Positions 1-8,298 of a stretch of DNA of 64,000 nucleotides are shown in pieces (positions within the stretch are counted from its first letter, which is position 1; the number at the start of each line of letters is the position of its first letter). The notes under the pieces are model-generated. The model did no database searches and was not told where the DNA came from. It saw nothing but the letters and a program-made list of their open reading frames with translations. Both the position numbers and the translations under genes were made by a program. The DNA comes from Smithellaceae bacterium (lineage in GTDB: Bacteria > Desulfobacterota > Syntrophia > Syntrophales > Smithellaceae): positions 14 to 64,013 of the forward strand of contig DAOTJI010000003.1 in NCBI GenBank assembly GCA_035448625.1, read 5' to 3'.

Positions 1-28
1 AAATAAAACCTGAAGAAGGAGACAAGAT

Positions 29-895
29 ATGAAAATGTTCAAAAGCAGCAAGTGGTTTGTCATCCTGGCCGTCATCGCGGCCCTTGTGGTGTCGGGCGCG
101 GCCGGCGCGTTCGCGGCCCCCAAGCAGAAAAATATTATTCTGGCCACAACGACCAGCACGCAGGATTCCGGACTGCTCGATACCCTGATCCCGATCTTTG
201 AAAAGGAGACGGGCTATTTCGTGAAGACGATTGCCGTGGGTTCCGGTCAGGCCATGGCAATGGGACAGAAGGGCGAGGCCGATGTCATGCTGGTTCATTC
301 CCCGGATGCCGAAAAGAAGTTTGTCGAAGCGGGCTATGGGATCAACCGCCGCCTGGTGATGCACAACGACTTCATCATTGTAGGCCCGCCGTCCGACCCG
401 GCCCGGATCAAAGGAGTAAAATCTTCGTCCGACGCGCTGAAGAAGATTGCCGCCGCCAATGCCCTTTTCATTTCCAGGGGCGACAACTCCGGAACGCATG
501 CGAAGGAAAAAAACCTGTGGAAGAAGGCAGACATCAATCCGACCGGGCAGAAGTGGTTTCAGGAAACGGGGCTGGGCATGGGTCAGACGCTGAATGTCGC
601 CTCCGAGAAAAAAGCCTACACGCTGGCGGACCGGGGCACGTACCTGGCAACCCGTAAGAATCTGGGTCTTGCGATCCTGAACGAAGGCGATGCGGCGCTG
701 CTCAACATTTATCACGTGATTGAAGTGAACAGCGCGAAGTGGCCGAAAGCCAATGCTCCCGGCGCTAAAGCATTTGCCGATTTCATGGTTTCCAAAAGAA
801 CGCAGGACATCATCAGAACATTCGGTGTTGAGAAATTCGGATCGCCGCTTTTTTTCCCGGATGCCGGTAAAAAAGTGGACGACCTGGGGAAGTAG
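29..895 (+). CDS. tupA: Tungstate ABC transporter substrate-binding protein (TupA type)
   Basis: 288-aa ORF with a GAAGGAG RBS and an N-terminal signal peptide. It carries the TupA-like motif LATTTSTQDSGLLD...VGSGQA and is followed directly by permease and ATPase genes. Confidence 0.8.
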   Translation: MKMFKSSKWFVILAVIAALVVSGAAGAFAAPKQKNIILATTTSTQDSGLLDTLIPIFEKETGYFVKTIAVGSGQAMAMGQKGEADVMLVHSPDAEKKFVEAGYGINRRLVMHNDFIIVGPPSDPARIKGVKSSSDALKKIAAANALFISRGDNSGTHAKEKNLWKKADINPTGQKWFQETGLGMGQTLNVASEKKAYTLADRGTYLATRKNLGLAILNEGDAALLNIYHVIEVNSAKWPKANAPGAKAFADFMVSKRTQDIIRTFGVEKFGSPLFFPDAGKKVDDLGK

Positions 896-904
896 CCTCT
901 CACG

Positions 905-1603
905 ATGGATTTGATTGTCCAGGGCGTCATCAAAGCCTTTCAACTGATCGTCAGCTTCGATCCTGAAGTGATGGGAATCACGTGGCTGTCCCTCAAAATA
1001 TCGGGGACGGCCACGTTCATCAGCCTGTTCTTCGGCGTTTCCATCGGAACGGTCGTCGCGTTGAACAATTTTCCGGGGAAAAGGCTGGTCATCAGCATTA
1101 TCAACACGGGCATGGGTTTGCCACCCGTTGTGGTTGGCCTTTTTGTGACCATCATGATCTGGCGCAGCGGTCCGCTGGGTTTTCTGGAAATCCTCTACAC
1201 GCCGTATGCGATGATCATCGCGCAGGCCATCATTGCCACGCCGATCGTCATGGGCATTTCGCTCGCTTCGATTCAGAACCTGCCGCCCAATCTGCGGCTG
1301 CAGATTCTGTCGCTGGGCGCCAGCCGGATGCAGATGGTCTGGGTTCTCATCCAAGAATCCCGTCTTCCGCTTCTGGCCGCCGTGATGGCTGGTTTCGGCG
1401 GGGTGATTTCCGAAGTCGGCGCCTCGATCATGGTCGGAGGCAACATCAAGGGGTACTCGCGCGTGCTGACCACCGCGACGGTGATGGAAACCGGAAAGGG
1501 AAATTTCGACATCGCCATCGCGCTGGGCATCATTCTTTTGATTCTGGCGTTTCTGGTCAATCTCCTGCTCACACAAATCCAGCAAAGGCAGCAGCCGAGA
1601 TGA
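905..1603 (+). CDS. tupB: Tungstate ABC transporter permease
   Basis: 232-aa polytopic membrane ORF with a binding-protein-dependent transport permease fold. Its stop overlaps the next start (ATGA). Confidence 0.8.
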   Translation: MDLIVQGVIKAFQLIVSFDPEVMGITWLSLKISGTATFISLFFGVSIGTVVALNNFPGKRLVISIINTGMGLPPVVVGLFVTIMIWRSGPLGFLEILYTPYAMIIAQAIIATPIVMGISLASIQNLPPNLRLQILSLGASRMQMVWVLIQESRLPLLAAVMAGFGGVISEVGASIMVGGNIKGYSRVLTTATVMETGKGNFDIAIALGIILLILAFLVNLLLTQIQQRQQPR

Positions 1604-2685
1604 ATACTATTCTGAGTGTCGAAAATTTGATCGTACACCGCGGCGGCGTCAGGGTGCTGGACATACGGGAGCTGAAGGTTCAGGAAAGCAGAATTCTGGC
1701 TTTAATCGGACCCAACGGAGCGGGCAAGTCCACCCTGCTTCTGACCATGGCGGGCCTGCTGAAACCGAGACAGGGGAAAATAGTTTACAAGGGACGGCCC
1801 ATCGAAACCAGCGCGGACCGCTCGTGGATGCGCAGGAGGGTGTGCGTTGTTTTCCAGGAGCCGCTGCTGCTCAATACTTCCGTTTACAAGAATGTGGCGC
1901 TGGGGCTGAAGTTCCGCGGTTTGACGAGCGGCGACATTCGGAAGAATGTTGAAGACGCCCTGGATTATTTCGGCATCAGTTCACTGGCGAAAAGATCGGC
2001 CAAAACGCTTTCGGGCGGAGAGTCCAAAAGAGTTTCCCTGGCGCGCGCCTTTGCTCTCAAGCCGCATTTGATTTTGCTGGACGAGGCCTTCAATTCCCTC
2101 GATCCGCCCACGCGCGAAACGCTGATCGACGACCTGGGGCATATTCTGAAAGAGACGAAAATCACTGCCGTGCTGGCGCTGCACGACCGGGAGGAGACGC
2201 TGCGCCTGGCACAGGATGTCACGGTGATGTCTGAAGGACGGATCATCCAGACCGGCACCACGGCCCAGATTTTCAATCAGCCCCAATCCGAATTTGTGGC
2301 CAATTTTGTCGGCACCGAAACCATTCTGGAAGGGACCGTCCAATTCATCCGGTCGGGGCTGATGGAAGTGCTTGTGTCGGGAAAAACAGTTGAGGCGACG
2401 GGCAATGTTCCGGCGGGCCAGAAAGTGTTTTGCTGCATAAGGCCGGAAAACATCGTCGTGGCGCGGGAAGCGCCGGAAAATACGAGCGCCCGTAACATTT
2501 ACGAGGCTCGAATTCAGAAGATGGTCCGCCAGGCTTTTTTCTATAAACTGGTTCTGGACTGCGGTTTTCCCTTGGTCGCTTATCTCACCGTGTCTTCCTG
2601 CGAAGATCTGGGTCTTTGCGAGGGAGCCAGGGTGTTCGCGTCCGTCAAGGCCACCGCCGTTCACGTCATGCGACGGGAACCATAG
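1600..2685 (+). CDS. tupC: Tungstate/molybdate ABC transporter ATP-binding protein with C-terminal TOBE-like domain
   Basis: Walker A GPNGAGKST, signature LSGGE and Walker B LILLDEA, with a C-terminal extension of about 120 aa as in ModC. The ATG at 1600 gives MNTILSVENL. The track ORF starting at 982 is an out-of-gene upstream extension. Confidence 0.8.
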   Translation: MNTILSVENLIVHRGGVRVLDIRELKVQESRILALIGPNGAGKSTLLLTMAGLLKPRQGKIVYKGRPIETSADRSWMRRRVCVVFQEPLLLNTSVYKNVALGLKFRGLTSGDIRKNVEDALDYFGISSLAKRSAKTLSGGESKRVSLARAFALKPHLILLDEAFNSLDPPTRETLIDDLGHILKETKITAVLALHDREETLRLAQDVTVMSEGRIIQTGTTAQIFNQPQSEFVANFVGTETILEGTVQFIRSGLMEVLVSGKTVEATGNVPAGQKVFCCIRPENIVVAREAPENTSARNIYEARIQKMVRQAFFYKLVLDCGFPLVAYLTVSSCEDLGLCEGARVFASVKATAVHVMRREP

Positions 2686-2717
2686 GCGGATTTGAGTTTC
2701 ATTGTGGGATGGAGCCG

Positions 2718-4250
2718 TCAAAAAGGAAAAGATGGATCAACCGTTTTTTGCTCGTTGACCGTTTTTTCCGAACGAATGTATTTTTCCGCTTTTTGATGAA
2801 TCGGGCGGGCGTGAACGACAATGGAACGAGGAATGGTCGGGCAGGCGAGTTGACAGGCACCGCACCCGATGCAGTACTTCTTGTCGATTTCCGGGTACAG
2901 GATATTGTTCTTGTCCACAAAACGGATGGCGTGCGTCGGGCAGACCTCTCCGCAGGCGCCGCAATTGTTGTGCTCGACGTAGACCACGCAGATATCTTCC
3001 AGCAGCTTCGCCTCGCCGATCTGCGTCAGCTTTTTTTCATCAAGAGACAGAGGCAGGATGGCCCCCGTCGGACAAATCTTTGCACAAATGTTGCATTCAT
3101 ACTCGCAGTAGCTTTTTTCATAATTCATTTTGGGCTGCATCAGACCCGCAATTCCGTAATCCAGTAAAGCCGGCGTCAGCACCTGCGTGGGACAGGCGCC
3201 GATGCACAGGGAGCAGGCCGTGCAGGCCTGTGTAAAGCGTGTCGCGTTGAGGGATCCCGGAGGAGTGACGGGTGGATCCGCCGGACCGGATGGAATGCCC
3301 GGAATCCAGAGGGGATTCGCTTTTGCCGCCAGAAAAGCGGCTGCCGCGGCAATGCCTCCAATCAAAAAGCCGCGGCGTCCCGGCGACCAGGGATGCGTGC
3401 TTTTTTGCCCCTGTCTTCGCTCATATCGAATGGTACCGCGGGAACAGGCGTCAAGGCAGTTGAAACAGCCTACGCAGCGGCTCATATCCATAGAGCCGTC
3501 TTGCAGGTCGATACACTGGGCTTTGCAGACATTTTCGCACTGCGAACATTCGGAACAAACCGTTCGGTTCAATGTAAATCGAAAAAAAGACATGCGGGAG
3601 ATCAGTCCCAGGAAAGTTCCTACAGGGCACAACGTATTGCAGTATAGTCGCCCGTGTTTGGCGCAGAGATACAAAATCAGCGCGATGAAAACCGCCGTCG
3701 CGCCCAGTGCCGTGAAGGGGATGAAGGCGGTCTGCTTTGGATACAAGTAAACGTCAAAGGGCTTTAATGTCAAAATGCCCAGGTTGTAAGCCTGGACGAC
3801 CAGGGGTTGCAGAAAGTAGGTAAAAATTCTTCCGGCCAGTGAATACGGATCCAGAAGAAGAATGGGAAAAAGGAAACCGATCGCGGCCGCGGCCGCCGCC
3901 AGGACGAGAATGGTATGGCGAAGGCCGTTATGCGGTTTGGAAAAAGAGCTCCCGGATTTCAGGCCCATCCGCCGGGATCCCCAAATCAGCAAATCCTGAA
4001 TCGTTCCCAGAGGACACAGGAAAGAGCAATAAATCCTGCCAAAAATCAATGTCATCAGCACAATAAAAATCAAGCCGGCGATAAAAAGGGATTCAGGCTG
4101 CGTGATGATCCTCAGCAGTGCGGGAAAAAACTGAAAAGGCGGAAGCGTCTCGGACAGAAAAACGGAAATATTTCCTGTGCCTGTAAACAGAAGGACAAAA
4201 AGGAGGAGGATGGCAACGGATAGAATTTTGCGTGCTTTGATGAGGATCAA
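2718..4250 (-). CDS. Membrane polyferredoxin, fused NapH-like and NapG-like modules
   Basis: 510 aa. Two CX3CP motifs (YCSFLCP, YCNTLCP) lie between TM helices and are followed by two CX2CX2CX3C clusters. An internal twin-arginine-like segment (SPGRRGFLIGGIAAAAAFLA) is followed by four more Cys-cluster motifs ending in CP. The start is TTG, with AAGGA upstream. Confidence 0.7.
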   Translation of the reverse strand: MILIKARKILSVAILLLFVLLFTGTGNISVFLSETLPPFQFFPALLRIITQPESLFIAGLIFIVLMTLIFGRIYCSFLCPLGTIQDLLIWGSRRMGLKSGSSFSKPHNGLRHTILVLAAAAAAIGFLFPILLLDPYSLAGRIFTYFLQPLVVQAYNLGILTLKPFDVYLYPKQTAFIPFTALGATAVFIALILYLCAKHGRLYCNTLCPVGTFLGLISRMSFFRFTLNRTVCSECSQCENVCKAQCIDLQDGSMDMSRCVGCFNCLDACSRGTIRYERRQGQKSTHPWSPGRRGFLIGGIAAAAAFLAAKANPLWIPGIPSGPADPPVTPPGSLNATRFTQACTACSLCIGACPTQVLTPALLDYGIAGLMQPKMNYEKSYCEYECNICAKICPTGAILPLSLDEKKLTQIGEAKLLEDICVVYVEHNNCGACGEVCPTHAIRFVDKNNILYPEIDKKYCIGCGACQLACPTIPRSIVVHARPIHQKAEKYIRSEKTVNEQKTVDPSFPF

Positions 4251-4251
4251 T

Positions 4252-4298
4252 AAAGGCGTTCCTTATTTTTTTGAAAGGCGTTCCCGGAACGGGGAACG
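4252..4298. repeat. Direct and inverted repeat array (AAAGGCGTTCC twice, GGAACG twice) in the DUF362/polyferredoxin intergenic gap
   Basis: AAAGGCGTTCC occurs at 4252-4262 and 4274-4284, 22 bp apart. Inverted GGAACG copies lie at 4286-4291 and 4293-4298. CGTTCCC(4279-4285)/GGGAACG(4292-4298) can form a hairpin. Confidence 0.5.
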
Positions 4299-4382
4299 GT
4301 CCTGCCGGCCGCGGGCAAGGTTTTTATTGAATACCTGGTCCGATGACGAAATGCGGCCTGCGTAAACGGGGCCGTTCCTGCC

Positions 4383-5339
4383 CTACAGGGTATAGGTGAC
4401 GATCTTCAGCTCTTTCAGATTCATATTCCCGATTCTTTGAGCATGGGCCATTTTGATGTATCCGATATCTTCAGGCTCTTTTCCAAAAATCCGGGCGGCT
4501 GCCGCGTCTACCGCCACAATATCCTTTGAGATCAGCAGCGTCTTTTTCATTTGAACGACGGCGGATTGAGGATTGGACGGTCCCGAGGGACCCTGGCTCA
4601 TCAGTACGCGGTAGGCGTCCACAATGTTGAGATCCGGCTTGCGGTAGAGGCAGAAGTCCGCGATGCACTGGTCAAGGCCGGTCAGGTGATATTCCATGCG
4701 GTTTTTCACGATTCCCATCAGGTTTTTCATGGCGATGGAAAGATGGGTGGAGCCGTGATGTTTGAGGATCGGAACATTGATCAGCACGTCGCTGTCCAGA
4801 ATCAAGCCGGGGATTTCCGCGGTCTTGAGTCGCTTTCCTCCCGGAATTTTGACTTCTCGATAGCTGAAATCATCCATCGGAACAACGGCGGCGCGGGCGG
4901 CCCGGGCAGCCTCTTCAATGCCGCTCAGCCTGTAGCAATTGCGGGCGTTTGAAGACGTCGTCATGACCACGTTGTCCAAGACATAAACGCGTTTGGCGCC
5001 GGCCGCGTAGCAAGATTCAATGACGGTTTTGACGAGCAGCGGGTTGGTGGTGGCGCCGACTTCGGGCACGCGTGGAAAACCGATATTCGGTTTGACGACG
5101 ACCGTTTGCCCTTTTTTGACGAATCGGCTCATGCCGCCCATCAGTTCGATGGCTTTTTTAAACAGGACATCCGGTTCGCCGTTCTTGACGGCGACCAGAT
5201 CCGGGATGGCGGCCGGCTTTTCCCCGGCCATGAGCAAACCGGGTTTGCCGAGAATAACTGCGCCGCCCGCGACAAGACCCAGCGTCAAACCTTTCCGGAT
5301 CACTTCCCGCCGGTTGAACGTTCTAGTGTCTTCCGTCAT
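4383..5339 (-). CDS. DUF362 domain protein with twin-arginine (Tat) signal
   Basis: The N-terminus reads MTEDTRTFNRREVIRKGLTLGLVAGGAVILG, a Tat-like signal. The body is DUF362-like (KKGQTVVVKPNIGF...). I prefer the ATG at 5339 over the track's TTG at 5372. Confidence 0.7.
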   Translation of the reverse strand: MTEDTRTFNRREVIRKGLTLGLVAGGAVILGKPGLLMAGEKPAAIPDLVAVKNGEPDVLFKKAIELMGGMSRFVKKGQTVVVKPNIGFPRVPEVGATTNPLLVKTVIESCYAAGAKRVYVLDNVVMTTSSNARNCYRLSGIEEAARAARAAVVPMDDFSYREVKIPGGKRLKTAEIPGLILDSDVLINVPILKHHGSTHLSIAMKNLMGIVKNRMEYHLTGLDQCIADFCLYRKPDLNIVDAYRVLMSQGPSGPSNPQSAVVQMKKTLLISKDIVAVDAAAARIFGKEPEDIGYIKMAHAQRIGNMNLKELKIVTYTL

Positions 5340-5508
5340 ATTTCCCGCCCGCCTCGAATGGTTTAGGGACAAACATATCAGGCGGTTAAATCATATGGAA
5401 AAACAGAAGATGTGTCAATGAAAAACGGTTGGCCGCGGACTGCTCAAAGAAATTTATCTGTTCAAAGTTTTGCGGATCGTATAAAATCCAAGAAAAAAGG
5501 GGAGGGTC

Positions 5509-6003
5509 ATGCAAAATTCCACTTTCAGCATAACGGGCGTGCAATCTTTTCGCGGGATAGCCGCAGCTTTTGCGCTGCTGGTTTTTCTCCCGTGTCTTTT
5601 GAGTCTCATCCATGTGACATTTGCACAGGAATGGAAGATTCATTTCTTTCCGGCGGCAATTTTTCTGGCCGCCGTCCGCTTTGGTCCCGTGGGAGGACTC
5701 GTTGCCGGCCTGACCGGCTCTCTCTATTCCGCCATTCTGCTCGGCAATCCCTGGCTGATGGCGGGCAATGCCATCCTGGGATTCTTTGCCGGCTTTTTTT
5801 ATCGCAAGACGTCAAAAATTGTTTTTTCCGTGATCCTTGCTTTTGCGTATCAGCTTCCCTGGTTGATTTTGTCCGACTGTTATTTCGCCGGTCTTTCCCC
5901 CGTGTTTATTGCCGAACTGGCCGTCGTTTTGTTTTTAGGCAATCTGATGTGGGCTTTGCTGATTTTGCCGGGGATGAAGCCGATTAAAAAATATTTATGC
6001 TGA
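5509..6003 (+). CDS. Small polytopic membrane protein, tentatively ECF-transporter S-component-like
   Basis: 164 aa with about 5 TM helices and Gly-rich helices (FGPVGGLVAGLTGSLYS). GGGGAGGG RBS. It overlaps the DUF1893 gene start by 7 nt. Function is not established. Confidence 0.45.
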   Translation: MQNSTFSITGVQSFRGIAAAFALLVFLPCLLSLIHVTFAQEWKIHFFPAAIFLAAVRFGPVGGLVAGLTGSLYSAILLGNPWLMAGNAILGFFAGFFYRKTSKIVFSVILAFAYQLPWLILSDCYFAGLSPVFIAELAVVLFLGNLMWALLILPGMKPIKKYLC

Positions 6004-6404
6004 CCCCCGATTTTTCCCGCTATTCGCTGGCTCTTCTGCAAGGGGACATCTTTCTCCACTCCTCCGCGGGTAGCGGCCTGCGTCCGTTATGGGAAGCCCT
6101 GGAAAAATATTCGGACAGGTCCGGGCTGATGCTGCATGACAAGGTTATGGGACTTGCGGCAGCCCGGCTGATTGAGCGATCCGGAATCATTAACGAAGTT
6201 TGTGCGGAAGTTGCATCGCTTCCTGCCAAGCAATTTCTGAAAGAATGCGGCATCCGTTTAACGGCGTTCAAACTCGTGAAAAACATTCTGGCCAAAGATC
6301 ACAGCCGCATCTGCCCCGGTGAAATCATTGCGCTTTACACCGGCGAACCGGATGCTTTTTATCGGAAAATCAAGGAGATGCTGGACAGCCAGGCCACTTC
6401 TTGA
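5997..6404 (+). CDS. DUF1893 domain protein
   Basis: 135 aa. The pattern LHDKVMGLAAARL...ICPGE matches my recollection of the DUF1893 (TM1506-like) family. It is translationally coupled to the upstream membrane protein. Confidence 0.65.
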   Translation: MLTPDFSRYSLALLQGDIFLHSSAGSGLRPLWEALEKYSDRSGLMLHDKVMGLAAARLIERSGIINEVCAEVASLPAKQFLKECGIRLTAFKLVKNILAKDHSRICPGEIIALYTGEPDAFYRKIKEMLDSQATS

Positions 6405-6462
6405 ATCTCCGAACCGGCACGTGAAGATTTTTTTCCCGGGCAGGAGAGGGATGAATAAAATG

Positions 6463-6501
6463 AGCCACACTGCTTCATCCGGACGGCAGTGTGGCTTTTT
6501 T
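6463..6501. terminator. Bidirectional intrinsic terminator between convergent operons
   Basis: 11-bp stem AGCCACACTGC (6463-6473) / GCAGTGTGGCT (6487-6497), followed by a T run on the + strand and preceded by an A-rich tract (T-rich when read on the - strand). Confidence 0.75.
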
Positions 6502-6511
6502 AAAAAAGGAT

Positions 6512-7510
6512 TTATTTCATGGCCTGTTCAACCGCGACGGCGACGGCAACCGAAGCGCCGACCATCGGATTGTTTCCCATGCCGATGAGTCCCATCATCT
6601 CCACATGCGCGGGGACGGAGGATGATCCGGCGAACTGAGCGTCCGAGTGCATGCGCCCCATGGTGTCGGTCATGCCGTAGGAAGCGGGGCCGGCGGCCAT
6701 GTTGTCCGGATGCAGCGTTCTTCCCGTTCCCCCGCCGGAGGCCACGGAGAAGAATTTCCGGCCGGCCAGAATACATTCTTTCTTGTAAACGCCCATCACC
6801 GGATGCTGAAACCGCGTCGGGTTGGTGGAGTTGCCCGTGATGGCCACATCCACGCCTTCCATGTGCATGATGGCTACGCCTTCGCGCACGTCGTCCGCAC
6901 CGTAGCACCGCACGGCTGCGCGTTCCCCTTTGGAATACGCCTTTTCCTTGACCACGGAAACCTTTCCCGTCTTGTAGTCAAAGGCCGTTGCCACATGCGT
7001 GAAGCCATTGACGCGGGCGATAATGTGCGCCGCATCCTTGCCCAGACCGTTCAGGATGACCCGCAAAGGTTTCTTGCGCGCCTTGTTGGCGGACTTGGCA
7101 AGCCCGATGGCGCCTTCCGCAGCCGCAAAGGATTCATGACCCGCGCAAAAAGCGAAGCAGGCGGTCTCTTCCCGAAGCAGCATGGAGGCGAGATTCCCGT
7201 GGCCGATGCCCACCTTGCGGTCATCGGCGACGGAACCGGGGATGCAGAAGGACTGAAGCCCTTCGCCCAGCGTTTCGGCGATGTCCGCAGCGTATTTCTG
7301 TCCCTTTTTAATGGCGACGGCCGCGCCGACAAGATAGGCCCATCCGGCGTTTTCAAATGAAATCGGCTGAATGTCCTTCACGATTTTCCGAACATCAAGG
7401 CCTTTCCCCATGCATATTTTTTCGGCTTCCTCCAACGAGGAAATGCCGTATTTGGCGAGAAAAGGAGTGATCTGGTTGATTCTTCTTTCGTATCCTTCAA
7501 ATAGTGCCAT
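6512..7510 (-). CDS. GGGtGRT family protein (uncharacterised)
   Basis: 332 aa containing the family-defining SGGGTGRTLHPDN motif. The length matches the family. Confidence 0.85.
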   Translation of the reverse strand: MALFEGYERRINQITPFLAKYGISSLEEAEKICMGKGLDVRKIVKDIQPISFENAGWAYLVGAAVAIKKGQKYAADIAETLGEGLQSFCIPGSVADDRKVGIGHGNLASMLLREETACFAFCAGHESFAAAEGAIGLAKSANKARKKPLRVILNGLGKDAAHIIARVNGFTHVATAFDYKTGKVSVVKEKAYSKGERAAVRCYGADDVREGVAIMHMEGVDVAITGNSTNPTRFQHPVMGVYKKECILAGRKFFSVASGGGTGRTLHPDNMAAGPASYGMTDTMGRMHSDAQFAGSSSVPAHVEMMGLIGMGNNPMVGASVAVAVAVEQAMK

Positions 7511-7521
7511 GGTAATACTCC

Positions 7522-8298
7522 TTATTCTTTTCTTGGATTAATGGTTTTGACGGCTTCGGCAAAGCGGCCGTAGGTCCCGGTGGCTTTGGCCAGCGCGGCG
7601 GCCGGGTCCATGCCTTTGGCGATATTGTCCATCATGACGCCCAGCTGGACAAATTTATAGCCGATGATTTCGTTGTCGGTGTCGAGACCGATTTCGGTTA
7701 CAAAGCCTTCCGCCATCTCCAGATAGCGGGGGCCTTTAGCTTTGGTGCCGTACATCGTGGCGATCACGCTGCGTAGTCCCTTGCCCAGGTCTTCCAGACC
7801 CGCGCCGATGGGAAGCCCGCCTTCGGAAAACGCGGTCTGCGATCGGCCGTACACGATCTGCAGAAAGATTTCCCTCATGGCCACGTTGATGGCGTCGCAG
7901 ACGAGGTCGGAATTCAGCGCTTCCAGAATGGTCTTGTTGGGTAAGATTTCGGCGGCCATGGCGGCGGAATGGGTCATGCCGGTGCAGCCGATCGTTTCCA
8001 CCAGCGCTTCTTCGATGATGCCGTTTTTTACATTCAGGGTCAGTTTGCAGGCTCCCTGCTGAGGCGCGCACCAGCCGACGCCGTGGGTCAGGCCGCTGAT
8101 ATCCTTGATTTCCTTTACCTGCGTCCATTTGCCCTCCTGCGGGATGGGGGCGGGGCCGTTCTTGGCGCCCTTGGCAACTACGCACATTTGTGCAACTTCA
8201 TGAGTTTGCTCCATAAAAACTCCATCTCCTTCCAATAAAATATTGCGGATAACCTCGGTTATCCGATTTGTTTTTTCGTTGAATGGGAAGATCTCCAT
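7522..8298 (-). CDS. IscU/NifU-N-like Fe-S scaffold-type protein
   Basis: It has Cys-containing motifs GWCAPQQGACKL, IGCTGMTHSAAMAAE and LVCDAINVA, reminiscent of the three IscU cysteines. It lies 11 nt upstream of the GGGtGRT gene. An alternative start at 8214 (MEQTHE) has a GGAG RBS. Confidence 0.65.
   Translation of the reverse strand: MEIFPFNEKTNRITEVIRNILLEGDGVFMEQTHEVAQMCVVAKGAKNGPAPIPQEGKWTQVKEIKDISGLTHGVGWCAPQQGACKLTLNVKNGIIEEALVETIGCTGMTHSAAMAAEILPNKTILEALNSDLVCDAINVAMREIFLQIVYGRSQTAFSEGGLPIGAGLEDLGKGLRSVIATMYGTKAKGPRYLEMAEGFVTEIGLDTDNEIIGYKFVQLGVMMDNIAKGMDPAAALAKATGTYGRFAEAVKTINPRKE

Noticed and set aside
982-1599. The 567-aa ORF 982..2685 suggests a much longer TupC with an N-terminal Arg/His/Gly-rich region.
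   Set aside because: The first roughly 205 residues are translated from the alternative frame of tupB. They are low-complexity and Arg/Gly/His-rich. The recognisable ABC ATPase starts at MNTILSV (ATG 1600) with the typical ATGA overlap to tupB.
5429-5444. A sigma54-like element TTGGCCGCGGACTGCT upstream of the small membrane-protein gene.
   Set aside because: The GG and GC dinucleotides are spaced one nucleotide short of the -24/-12 consensus (TGGCAC-N5-TTGC), and the flanking bases do not match.
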